Shown one piece after another: positions 36,498 through 47,841 of a stretch of DNA of 64,000 nucleotides. Made by a program: the position numbers and the translations under genes. Position 1 is the stretch's first letter. Each line of letters starts with the position of its first letter. The notes under the pieces were generated by a model that saw only the letters and a program-made list of their open reading frames with translations, was not told the origin of the DNA and did not search any database. Source of the DNA: Tubulanus polymorphus (lineage: Eukaryota; Animalia; Nemertea); contig NC_134034.1 of assembly GCF_964204645.1 (NCBI RefSeq), positions 2,790,072-2,854,071 of the forward strand. The letters are read 5' to 3'.

Positions 36498-37045
36498 GCA
36501 GACAGTACCAGCTGTTATGACGAGAATAATCAATTTTTATGATATAACCGAATTCAAATTCTGAATTGGTAACTGTTTCAACTAATTAGTTGTAACCAGG
36601 CATGCATTATATGTATATATTATTACAATGTATTCTAGTAATCTGTCATTAGGCGAGAACGGATTGAAAATATGGCGCCTCTCTGATACACTCGATTCAT
36701 CGGATATAACAAATATAGAATCTCTCGTCCCATGTAAGACAATTAAAATAGTTTCCTACCGGATATAACGGAACTATCGATTATAACGAACGTAGGTTTT
36801 TTAGTCCCGCGAAGTTCGCTGTAACGAGGTCTAACTGCAATAAGAATGTAGGCATACTTTTGAATGAACACCGAAATATTGAATGCTTTTCATCATGGCG
36901 TTTAAACACTTTTATTCAGACGATGCTTTTGTCAGTTTTAGAATGGTTTTTAACGTCTTGTAAAGAGCTTTGAGATTCTACCATGTAAAGCGTTTTTCAT
37001 AACAGGGTTGACTGATCTCTTTTTCCACTGTAGTTTAGAACGTTT
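36498..37045 (-). repeat. Inverted duplicate of the region upstream of toxin copy 1 (31494-32010 plus 33330-33365)
   Basis: Reverse-complement match throughout; this copy lacks the Polinton-like insertion. Confidence 0.85.
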
Positions 37046-37427
37046 CGGCTTGTATCCGATAGTCACCATCAGGCATACATAATTGTGAAATGGGCGAGCG
37101 GCTACTAAAATACATAGCTGTTCCTTGATTTGATCACAGGGTACCCGAAGCTGTTTTCTATTTGGCTCCCAGGGGTCGCTTTAAGGATGGGTTAGAGCTA
37201 CGAGCAAGCTCGTAGGTTAGAGTTAGTCTTACCGGTGTTAATTGTATCACAGTTGCATTAAGTACGCATGTTCTGCTTGCCAGCGGCTCCTAATATTGAC
37301 ATCGCTATTCTCGCAATTATTCCTTTTAGAGACTCGGTGATGGGGCCAGATTAGTTAACAAAACACTGTGGATGTCTCTAACAGCCGACAGCCTGTGACT
37401 CGTTCAATGAATGATCTTAATTTTTAG

Positions 37428-37555
37428 GTGATCGATTTAGAAAGAGAGGAATTTCATGCGTTTGCCGTGGCAAGCCCAGTACATTTTGGTGGTTGTCCAC
37501 TGACAGTAGATGTTGCCCAGTGTCTAACGGAAAATGCTGCCCGAACGATATGTAA
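37428..37555 (+). CDS. Orphan mature-peptide exon of the toxin family, copy 2 (no own signal exon)
   Basis: Acceptor TTTTTAG, then (G)DRFRKR|GISCVCRGKPSTFWWLSTDSRCCPVSNGKCCPNDM*. Intron homology begins only at ~37080. Confidence 0.75.
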
Positions 37556-40417
37556 TTTGAAACAAATAAAAAGAAACCTTTCATCGCGATCAGTTGCTGC
37601 AATACCATTTTCGGAAAATGTCCTCAACAAAAAAATTATTATTTCAAATAAAGGCAGAATTAAAAAATGATAATTAGCTATCTCACGCTAAATGTTCGTT
37701 TCTCGTGTTGATTTTTGTATTCTCGCTGTCACATTTGTTTTCATATTTTCTTTTGTAATGGGAAAAATATCGCCGACCAACCTGAACACTACACCTCTGT
37801 GGTGAAAGTCCTTGGCTCACAACATGTTGCAGCAATCATGATCTGTTATGATTCAATATTTCGACGATTGTGGTGAATAAAGAATATCTACTCATGAAAT
37901 CAAATCGGTTTACGGACCAGCTCGCCACAAGCTTTCAGTCCGGGACCGGCCAGGCGATTAGCTGTTTTATTGCGACAGTGTCACTGCGGGGCCAATCAAT
38001 GGCGACGATCAAATGAAAAAAACTTTGAATTGAGGGAAAACATCTCTCCCGAGATAAAAATAAACAGCGCTTCAAAAACATCAATGAATTCTGCCTATTA
38101 TCTAAATTACTCCATACATGGGTCGGTGGACTGATGTGGATAACGATTCGGCCGCATGAGTGCGCTCTCTAATTAGATGTTGCCCGAACGATTTGTAATT
38201 TGGAACAAATAAAAAGAAACCTTTCATCGTCGGGTGCCACAATGGATACAACAAATGTGGCGAAAGTCCTTGGCTCACAACCCGCTGCGGCAAATCATAA
38301 TCTACAATGATTCACAATATTTCGACGATTCTGATGAATCAAAAACCTCTATTCGTCTAATGATAATAATAGTAAAAGTAATGATAATAGTAATGATAAT
38401 AATATACTTTTTTATCTAACGAATCGACCGGTGGCAGATTATAACAAATACGGAAACTGGTGCGGTCAGGGAGGCAGTGGGGTTGTCCTTGATGAGATCG
38501 ACAGGTATTCATTTATTAATAGTTATTTGCAAATAATAGTAATAGTAATAATAACAATGATAATTTTAAATTATTTTCTTATTACTAAAACCATAATCTA
38601 AGCGCTATACATTTTAAAGACACGCAGTGTTAATTTTACAATTATAAATACGAACAGTAAGATTATTTATAACGGGGTTTAAAAGATTCAACCGAAGGGG
38701 GGTGTCAGTTGCTCAAAAGTTTGTTAAAGATAACCGACGGATAAATACCATAACAATTAACTTTAACTTGTCACTATGCCAACTATCCACTGGTTAACTC
38801 TGACCACCTCTTGAGCGACTTGGTCTCCTCTATGGGGAAAACGTTGTGAATAAGGACACATGGAGAGAAGCGTGCTTTCGATTGTGATTGAAAATAACCA
38901 ATACGGATGATCGTAACGCAAAAATAAAGATAGCATCGATGACCGGGATTCGAACCCGGGACATCCGTGTTCATCCTCGATAAACATAACAGTCTGGTTT
39001 GACGGGGTTCGTCTGTTGCATGAAATTGAAATAGAAAAATTCCCAGTCTTTACGAAGTCAATATTACTGGCGCTGATGACGATGTCAGCTGACATTACGT
39101 GATCGACGCGGCTTAGTCTGGGAAACAGATTAGAATATATTATAGATATAGACAATTGACATGTCTGACAATAGACAACATCAGCCGGAAACCCAGACCA
39201 GATCAATTCATAATTTATTGATTGAATCGACACTACAATATATGTATTTATTCAAATATTTCAATAAAATCATTAACTTCTTAAATCTATTCTAAATCAT
39301 AGTACGTTCTTATCTGTAAATTCACTTAATATCTATCGACTCAGCAGGTGCTTAAAATGAGTTCTTAATAGGACAGATCCATTTTTAAGCATGGTGATAA
39401 TACAGTATCATGATGTTTGAATGCCAAAATAAATGCCTGGTCAAATAAATTAATATTTGTGATTGTACGTCCGCGTATGTTCGGTTTCAAAGCTGATCAT
39501 ATTTGACGTTTACACAGCATATTAGGTTCGAATCTGTCAATGCATTTTATTCTATGTATCGATATTTCAATTTACTACAATTCCCACCTTTCTGAATGGC
39601 TTTGCAGAAAACCCGTCATCGCTGCTTGTCAGCTATATTTGAAATTGTTATAGTTTAATATTCAACCCGTTGGCGAATTAGATTTATATTAAATCAGTTG
39701 AATTTTCAACCGAATTCAGTAGTAAACATGTCAAAATGTCCGCATTTAGGGCAATAAGATTAGTTGAACATCTATAAAAACGGAATTATGCTGTCACTGA
39801 TATCATTGCTTGCAAGTCTCGTCTGCAATACGTGATAAGGTACGTACATTCTTTAGTGGGTTGAATCGTTTCGCTGGCTTCGTGTCGAACCATCGGTTAA
39901 AAAATTTTGTCTGATATACCATCAAAATCGGCGTCTTTCGAATTCATATTTGTGCTAAATCGGTACGGATCAAACCGCTAATTACTTAATTACTCGGGCT
40001 AATTAATCGCTGAATGTGGTTTTTGCCTCTTTTTTCATTTTGGCAGACCGTCGATAATCCATACACGAACGATTTCCTATATTTGTCGAATATAGGAAGT
40101 CAATTAAATTGTTACATTAAAGGCAATCAATAATGAACTGTCGAACGTGTTGACTCTCTTTTCACTTATCAGAAAAAGAGCGACACAAATTTCAAAATCT
40201 AGTTTCTAGTTGTGTGAGTTAAACTCTTGATCTAGTTCCGCAGTTCTGTGGGTCTAATTTGATTCTAGATCCAGTTTCACAATTGTATGGGTTTAATTTG
40301 ACTATCGGAAAAAATTTACGGTCTAAATAGAACCGAGTTTGGCGGAGTCTACCTTTGTTTTATTTTTTCAACGTTTCGACCTTTGGCCTGAAAAACCACA
40401 TTACCGATTACTCACAA

Positions 40418-40539
40418 GTGTATGCGCACGTGTGTGTGGTTGAGTGTGCGGTTGTGTGTGCGGTTTAGTGTGCGTGTGTGTGTGTGTGCGTGTGTGTGCG
40501 TGTGTGTGTGTGCGTGTGTGTGCGTGTGTGTGTGTGCGT

Positions 40540-40622
<83 letters not shown>

Positions 40623-40650
40623 TGCGTGTGTGTGCGGTTGTGTGCGTGAG
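40418..40650. repeat. Expanded (GT)n/(GCGT)n microsatellite in intron 1 of copy 3
   Basis: About 230 bp here, much shorter at the paralogous sites ~34110-34175 and ~44310-44370. Confidence 0.95.
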
Positions 40651-40714
40651 TAAAGTCTTCGCCTATTCCAGATTTCACTGTGTATAAGCTGAATATACAT
40701 CGTTTCATTTCAGA

Positions 40715-41424
40715 ATGTTTACTAAAACTCTGCTCATAACCTTGGCCTTGTTTATGGTCGTTGGAGCTATGGCAGCCAATGAAGGTAATTCATGAGAATT
40801 GTTCCGTTCGAATGATGTTTTTTCTTTTTTCTTTTCTTTTTCACCTTAAAATAGGGAATTAGCCCGCTTATTTATTTGATTGGTAGATTTAGCTTGATTT
40901 TTTGATATGGTGTCCCTTACAAACCCACCACACCTGCCGGGAGACGTAATTGTGAAATGGGCGAGCGGCTACTAAAATACATAGCTGTTCTTTGATTTGA
41001 CCACAGGGTACCCGAAGCTGTTTTCTATTTTGCTCCCAGGGGTCGCTTTAAGGATGGGTTAGAGCTACGAGCAAGCTCGTAGGTTAGAGTTAGTCTTACC
41101 AGTTTTAATTGTATCACAGTTGCATTAAGTATGGATGTTCTGCGGGCCAGCGGCTCCTAATATTGACATCGCTATTCTCGGAATTATTCCCCTTCAGAGA
41201 CCCCGGCGATGGGGCCAGATTAGTTAACAAAACACTGTGGATGTCTCTAACAGCCGACAGCCTGTGACTCGTTCAATAAATGATCTTAATTTTTAGGTGA
41301 TCGATTTAGAAAGAGAGGAATGCCATGCATTTGCCGTGGCAAGACCAGTACATTTTGGTGGTTGTCCACTGACAGTAGATGTTGCCCAGACACTGGCGGA
41401 AAATGCTGCCCGAACGATTTGTAA
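40715..41424 (+). CDS. Secreted six-Cys toxin-like prepropeptide, copy 3
   Basis: join(40715-40784, 41297-41424) = MFTKTLLITLALFMVVGAMAANEGDRFRKR|GMPCICRGKTSTFWWLSTDSRCCPDTGGKCCPNDL*; TATA at 39773. Confidence 0.9.
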
Positions 41425-44400
41425 TTTGAAACAAATAAAAAGAAACCTTTCATCGCGATCAGTTGCTGCAATACCATTTTCGGAAAAGGTCCTCAACAAA
41501 AAAAGATTATTTGAAATAAATGCGGAATAAAAAATGATAATTAGCTATCTCACGCTAAATGTTCTTTTCTCGTGTTCATTTTTGTATTCTCGCTGTCACA
41601 TTTGTTTTCATATTTTCTTTTTTAATGGGAAAAATATCGTCGGCCAACCTGAACACTACACCTCTGTGGTGAAAGTCCTTGGCTCACAACATGTTGCAGC
41701 AATCATGATCTGTTATGATTCAATATTTCGACGATTGTGGTGAATAAAGAATATCTACTCATGAAATCAAATCGGTTTACGGACCAGCTCGCCACAAGCT
41801 TTCAGTCCGGGACCGGCCAGGCGATTAGCTGTTTTATTGCGACAGTGTCACTGCGGGGCCAATCAATGGCGACGATCAAATGAAAAAAACTTTGAATTGA
41901 GGGAAAACATCTCTCCCGAGATAAAAATAAACAGCGCTTCAAAAACATCAATGAATTCTGCCTATTATCTAAATTACTCCATACATGGGTCGGTGGACTG
42001 ATGTGGATAACGATTCGGCCGCATGAGTGCGCTCTCTAATTAGATGTTGCCCGAACGATTTGTAATTTGGAACAAATAAAAAGAAACCTTTCATCGTCGG
42101 GTGCCACAATGGATACAACAAATGTGGCGAAAGTCCTTGGCTCACAACCCGCTGCGGCAAATCATAATCTACAATGATTCACAATATTTCGACGATTCTG
42201 ATGAATCAAAAACCTCTATTCGTCTAATGATAATAATAGTAAAAGTAATGATAATAGTAATGATAATAATATACTTTTTTATCTAACGAATCGACCGGTG
42301 GCAGATTATAACAAATACGGAAACTGGTGCGGTCAGGGAGGCAGTCAGGTTGTCCTTGATGAGATCGACAGGTATTCATTTATTAATAGTTATTTGCAAA
42401 TAATAGTAATAGTAATAATAACAATGATAATTTTAAATTATTTTCTTATTACTAAAACCATAATCTAAGCGCTATACATTTTAAAGACACGCAGTGTTAA
42501 TTTTACAATTATAAATACGAACAGTAAGATTATTTATAACGGGGTTTAAAAGATTCAACCGAAGGGGGGTGTCAGTTGCTCAAAAGTTTGTTAAAGATAA
42601 CCGACGGATAAATACCATAACAATTAACTTTAACTTGTCACTATGCCAACTATCCACTGGTTAACTCTGACCACCTCTTGAGCGACTTGGTCTCCTCTAT
42701 GGGGAAAACGTTGTGAATAAGGACACATGGAGAGAAGCGTGCTTTCGATTGTGATTGAAAATAACCAATACGGATGATCGTAACGCAAAAATAAAGATAG
42801 CATCGATGACCGGGATTCGAACCCGGGACATCCGTGTTCATCCTCGATAAACATAACAGTCTGGTTTGACGGGGTTCGTCTGTTGCATGAAATTGAAATA
42901 GAAAAATTCCCAGTCTTTACGAAGTCAATATTACTGGCGCTGATGACGATGTCAGCTGACATTACGTGATCGACGCGGCTTAGTCTGGGAAACAGATTAG
43001 AATATATTATAGATATAGACAATTGACATGTCTGACAATAGACAACATCAGCCGGAAACCCAGACCAGATCAATTCATAATTTATTGATTGAATCGACAC
43101 TACAATATATGTATTTATTCAAATATTTCAATAAAATCATTAACTTCTTAAATCTATTCTAAATCATAGTACGTTCTTATCTGTAAATTCACTTAATATC
43201 TATCGACTCAGCAGGTGCTTAAAATGAGTTCTTAATAGGACAGATCCATTTTTAAGCATGGTGATAATACAGTATCATGATGTTTGAATGCCAAAATAAA
43301 TGCCTGGTCAAATAAATTAATATTTGTGATTGTACGTCCGCGTATGTTCGGTTTCAAAGCTGATCATATTTGACGTTTACACAGCATATTAGGTTCGAAT
43401 CTGTCAATGCATTTTATTCTATGTATCGATATTTCAATTTACTACAATTCCCACCTTTCTGAATGGCTTTGCAGAAAACCCGTCATCGCTGCTTGTCAGC
43501 TATATTTAAAATTGTTATAGTTTAATATTCAACCCGTTGGCGAATTAGATTTATATTAAATCAGTTGAATTTTCAACCGAATTCAGTAGTAAACATTTTC
43601 AACCGAATTCAGTAGTAAACATGTCAAAATGTCCGCATTTAGGGCAATAAGATTAGTTGAACATCTATAAAAACGGAATTATGCTGTCACTGATATCATT
43701 GCTTGCAAGTCTCGTCTGCAATACGTGATAAGGTACGTACATTCTTTAGTGGGTTGATTCGTTTCGCTGGCTTCGTGTCGAACCATCGGTTATACAATTT
43801 TGTCTGATATACCATCAAAATCGGCGTCTTTCGAATTCATATTTGTGCTAAATCGGTACGGATCAAACCGCTAATTACTTAATTACTCGGGCTAATTAAT
43901 CGCTGAATGTGGTTTTGCCTCTTTTTTTCTTTTTGGCAGACCGTCGATAATCCATACACGAACGATTTCCTATATTTGTCGAATATAGGAAGTCAATTAA
44001 ATTGTTACATTAAAGGCAATCAATAATGAACTGTCGAACGTGTTGACTCTCTTTTCACTTATCAGAAAAAGAGCGACACAATTTTCAAAATCTAGTTTCT
44101 AGTTGTGTGAGTTAAACTATTGATCTAGTTCCGCAGTTCTGTGGGTCTAATTTGATTCTAGATCCAGTTTCACAGTTGTATGGGTTTAATTTGACTATCG
44201 GAAAAAATTTACGGTCTAAATAGAACCGAGTTTGGCGGAGTCTACTTTTGTTTTATTTTTTCAACGTTTCGACCTTTGGCCTGAAAAACCACATTACCGA
44301 TTACTCACAAGTGTGTGCACACGTGTGTGTGTGGTTGAGTGTGCGTGTGTGTGCGGTTGTGTGCGTGAGTAAAGTCTTCGCCTATTCCAGATTTCACTGT

Positions 44401-44433
44401 GTATAAGCTGAATATACATCGTTTCATTTCAGA

Positions 44434-45143
44434 ATGTTTACTAAAACTCTGCTCATAACCTTGGCCTTGTTTATGGTCGTTGGAGCTATGGCAGCCAATG
44501 AAGGTAATTCATGAGAATTGTTCCGTTCGAATGATGTTTTTTCTTTTTTCTTTTCTTTTTCACCTTAAAATAGGGAATTAGCCCGCTTATTTATTTGATT
44601 GGTAGATTTAGCTTGATTTTTTGATATGGTGTCCCTTACAAACCCACCACACCTGCCGGGAGACGTAATTGTGAAATGGGCGAGCGGCTACTAAAATACA
44701 TAGCTGTTCTTTGATTTGACCACAGGGTACCCGAAGCTGTTTTCTATTTTGCTCCCAGGGGTCGCTTTAAGGATGGGTTAGAGCTACGAGCAAGCTCGTA
44801 GGTTAGAGTTAGTCTTACCAGTTTTAATTGTATCACAGTTGCATTAAGTATGGATGTTCTGCGGGCCAGCGGCTCCTAATATTGACATCGCTATTCTCGG
44901 AATTATTCCCCTTTAGAGACCCCGGCGATGGGGCCAGATTAGTTAACAAAACACTGTGGATGTCTCTAACAGCCGACAGCCTGTGACTCGTTCAATAAAT
45001 GATCTTAATTTTTAGGTGATCGATTTAGAAAGAGAGGAATGCCATGCATTTGCCGTGGCAAGACCAGTACATTTTGGTGGTTGTCCACTGACAGTAGATG
45101 TTGCCCAGACACTGGCGGAAAATGCTGCCCGAACGATTTGTAA
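44434..45143 (+). CDS. Secreted six-Cys toxin-like prepropeptide, copy 4 (protein identical to copy 3)
   Basis: join(44434-44503, 45016-45143); TATA at 43666. Confidence 0.9.
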
Positions 45144-47114
45144 TTTGAAACAAATAAAAAGAAACCTTTCATCGCGATCAGTTGCTGCAATACCATTTTC
45201 GGAAAAGGTCCTCAACAAAAAAAGAAACATTATTTGAAATAAATGCGGAATAAAAAATGATAATTAGCTATCTCACGCTAAATGTTCTTTTCTCGTGTTC
45301 ATTTTTGTATTCTCGCTGTCACATTTGTTTTCATATTTTCTTTTTTAATGGGAAAAATATCGTCGGCCAACCTGAACACTACACCTCTGTGGTGAAAGTC
45401 CTTGGCTCACAAACTGTTGCAGCAAATCATGATCTGTAATGATTCAGTATTTCGACGATTGTGGTGAATAAAGAATATCTACTCATGAAATCAAATCGGT
45501 TTACGGACCAGCTCGCCACAAGCTTTCAGTCCGGGACCGGCCAGGCGATTAGCTGTTTTATTGCGACAGTGTCACTGCGGGGCCAATCAATGGCGACGAT
45601 CAATTGAAAAAACCTTTGAATTGAGGGAAAACATCTCTCCCGAGATAAAAATAAACAGCGCTTCAAAAACATCTATTAATTCTGCCTAATGTCGAAATTA
45701 CTCCATACATGGGTCGGTGGACTGATGTGGATAACGATTAGCCCTAAGTTAATTCGGCCGCATGAGTGCGCTCTCTAATTAGATGTTGCCCGAACGATTT
45801 GTAATTTGGAACAAATAAAAAGAAACCTTTCATCGTCGGGTGCCACAATGGATACAACAAATGTGGCGAAAGTCCTTGGCTCACAACCCGCTGCGGCAAA
45901 TCATGATCTACAATGATTCACAATATTTCGACGATTCTGATGAATCAAAAACCTATATTCGTGTAATGATAATAATAGTAAAAGTAATGATAATAGTAAT
46001 GATAACAATATACTTTTTTATTTAACGAATCGACCGGTGGCAGATTATAACAAATACGGAAACTGGTGCGGTCAGGGAGGCAGTCAGGTTGTCCTTGATG
46101 AGATCGACAGGTATTCATTTATTAATAGTTATTTGCAAATAATAGTAATAATAATAATAATAATAACAATGATAATTCTAAATTATTTTCTTATTACTAA
46201 AACCATAATCTAAGCGCTATACATTTTAAAGACACGCAGTGTTAATTTTACAATTATGAATACGAACAGTAAGATTATTTATAACGGGGTTTAACAGATT
46301 CAACCGAAGGGGGGTGTCAGTTGCTCAAAAGTTTGTTAAAGATAACCGACGGATAAATACCATAACAATTAACTTTAACTTGTCACTATGCCAACTATCC
46401 ACTGGTTAACTCTGACCACCTCTTGAGCGACTTGGTCTCCTCTATGGGGAAAACTTTGTGAATAAGGACACATGGAGAGAAGCGTGCTTTCGATTGTGAT
46501 TGAAAATAACCAATACGGATGATCGTAACGCAAAAATAAAGATAGCATCGATGACCGGGATTCGAACCCGGGACATCCGTGTTCATCCTCGATAAACATA
46601 ACAGTCTGGTTTGACGGGGTTCGTCTGTTGCATGAAATTGAAATAGAAAAATTCCCAGTCTTTACGAAGTCAATATATTACTGGCGCTGATGACGATGTC
46701 AGCTGACATTACGTGATCGACGCGGCTTAGTCTGGGAAACAGATTACAATATATTATAGATACAGACAATTTGGGCGTGCCACATATTGTGATAATCACC
46801 GGGTTCAAAACGAGTATCATTCTTAAATTCTAACGAGTCATTATAGTTCATTCCACTATCGCCAAGGGAAAGTGATATATTAATTCTAACTGCCGTTATC
46901 CTCGTTTTAAAAATGTACTGTCGGCCGTGTTTTTGTATACGTCACAATGCAGTTGATGTTTAATTGCACAAGTCACTTAGTTCAGCCACTAGATTCGAAT
47001 AGTCGGCGAATTCGATTTACCTGATCAATTCGGTTGAATTTTAGTAAACCTATTTATTGCGCGGTTACTTTCTCATAATGTACGAATCTAGAACAATTAG
47101 ATTGGTCGAATAAC

Positions 47115-47347
47115 TATAAAAACGCACATATACGAAATCATATAGCGATATCATGTAGCGAATATCATTGCTTGCAAGTCTCGTCTGCAATACGTGATAA
47201 GGTGTCTTAATTTTAGGAGATCGGATTAGAAAAAGAGGAATAGCATACACGTGTCGCAACAAGCCGAGTACATTTTGGTTCGCGTCCGTGGACGAGAGAT
47301 GTTGCGTAGTAGCTTGGGGAAGGTGCTGTGCGAACGATTTGTTTTGA
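47115..47347 (+). pseudogene. Diverged toxin copy 5 with the signal-peptide exon deleted and Cys1 changed to Tyr
   Basis: TATA at 47115 and exon-1 sequence ending at 47201, joined through only 15 nt (GT...TTTTAG) to exon 47217-47347: (G)DRIRKR|GIAYTCRNKPSTFWFASVDERCCVVAWGRCCANDLF*. Confidence 0.8.
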
Positions 47348-47502
47348 GATTAAGGAACAGGAGCCTATAACCAATCGTTGCTGCAATAACTTTTTTGGGG
47401 GGGGAATCTTGTCCATTTGAAACCAATAAAGAGTAAACGCAATAGAAGTCTTTTCGAAGTATTGATTTCGACGGCCGCTCTCCAGTCACCCATATCTCAA
47501 CT

Positions 47503-47841
47503 CATCCTCCACCGGCAGGGATTCGAACCTGATGGCATCGAGATTGCCACGGCACGAAACCCTGCCATAATCGACCGTGTGCGCAGATACATGCGCAGTT
47601 CAGATGATGTGATTTTTAGCCAATCATAAATCCCGTTTTATTTTAGCCCGGGTTTTTCCATTTATAGTTCTTCCTTGAAATTTGCCTCAACGATTATACA
47701 ACGAGCAATCTGATTGGTGCCGCCAGTTTTCGTTCGGAAAGCTGCGCATGTACCTGCGCACCCGGTCTTCTGATGCAGGGGTTCGTGCCGTGGCTGAGTG
47801 TAGCGATGCCATCAGGTTCGAGTCTCAGCAGAGGGAGGATG
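47503..47841. mobile_element. MITE with ~95-bp imperfect TIRs related to the 78-bp satellite unit
   Basis: CATCCTCC..CAGGGATTCGAACCTGATGGCATC...GCGCAGATACATGCGCAG versus CTGCGCATGTACCTGCGC...GATGCCATCAGGTTCGAG..GGAGGATG. Confidence 0.65.

Larger units (their letters stand above)
37080..46770 (+). repeat. Tandem segmental duplication, unit ~3.7-3.9 kb, about 2.5 units
   Basis: Identical spurious ORFs at 38102/41969 and 38763/42630 (offset 3867); mature exons at 41297/45016 (offset 3719). Confidence 0.95.

Noticed and set aside
38763-39233. 156-aa minus-strand ORF duplicated at 42630-43100
   Set aside because: No recognisable motif, disrupted in the third unit, and it overlaps a B-box-like CCGGGTTCGAATCCCGG repeat fragment; likely non-coding.
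40401-40708. Cys/Val- and His/Thr-rich ORFs
   Set aside because: Translations of a (GT)n microsatellite, not metallothionein-like genes.
37428-45237. Listed ORFs MIDLEREE..., MVLQQLIAMK... and MPQWIQQ... repeated in each array unit
   Set aside because: Wrong-frame or antisense readings; the real coding frame is the spliced Cys-rich peptide. Their recurrence only reflects recent duplication.
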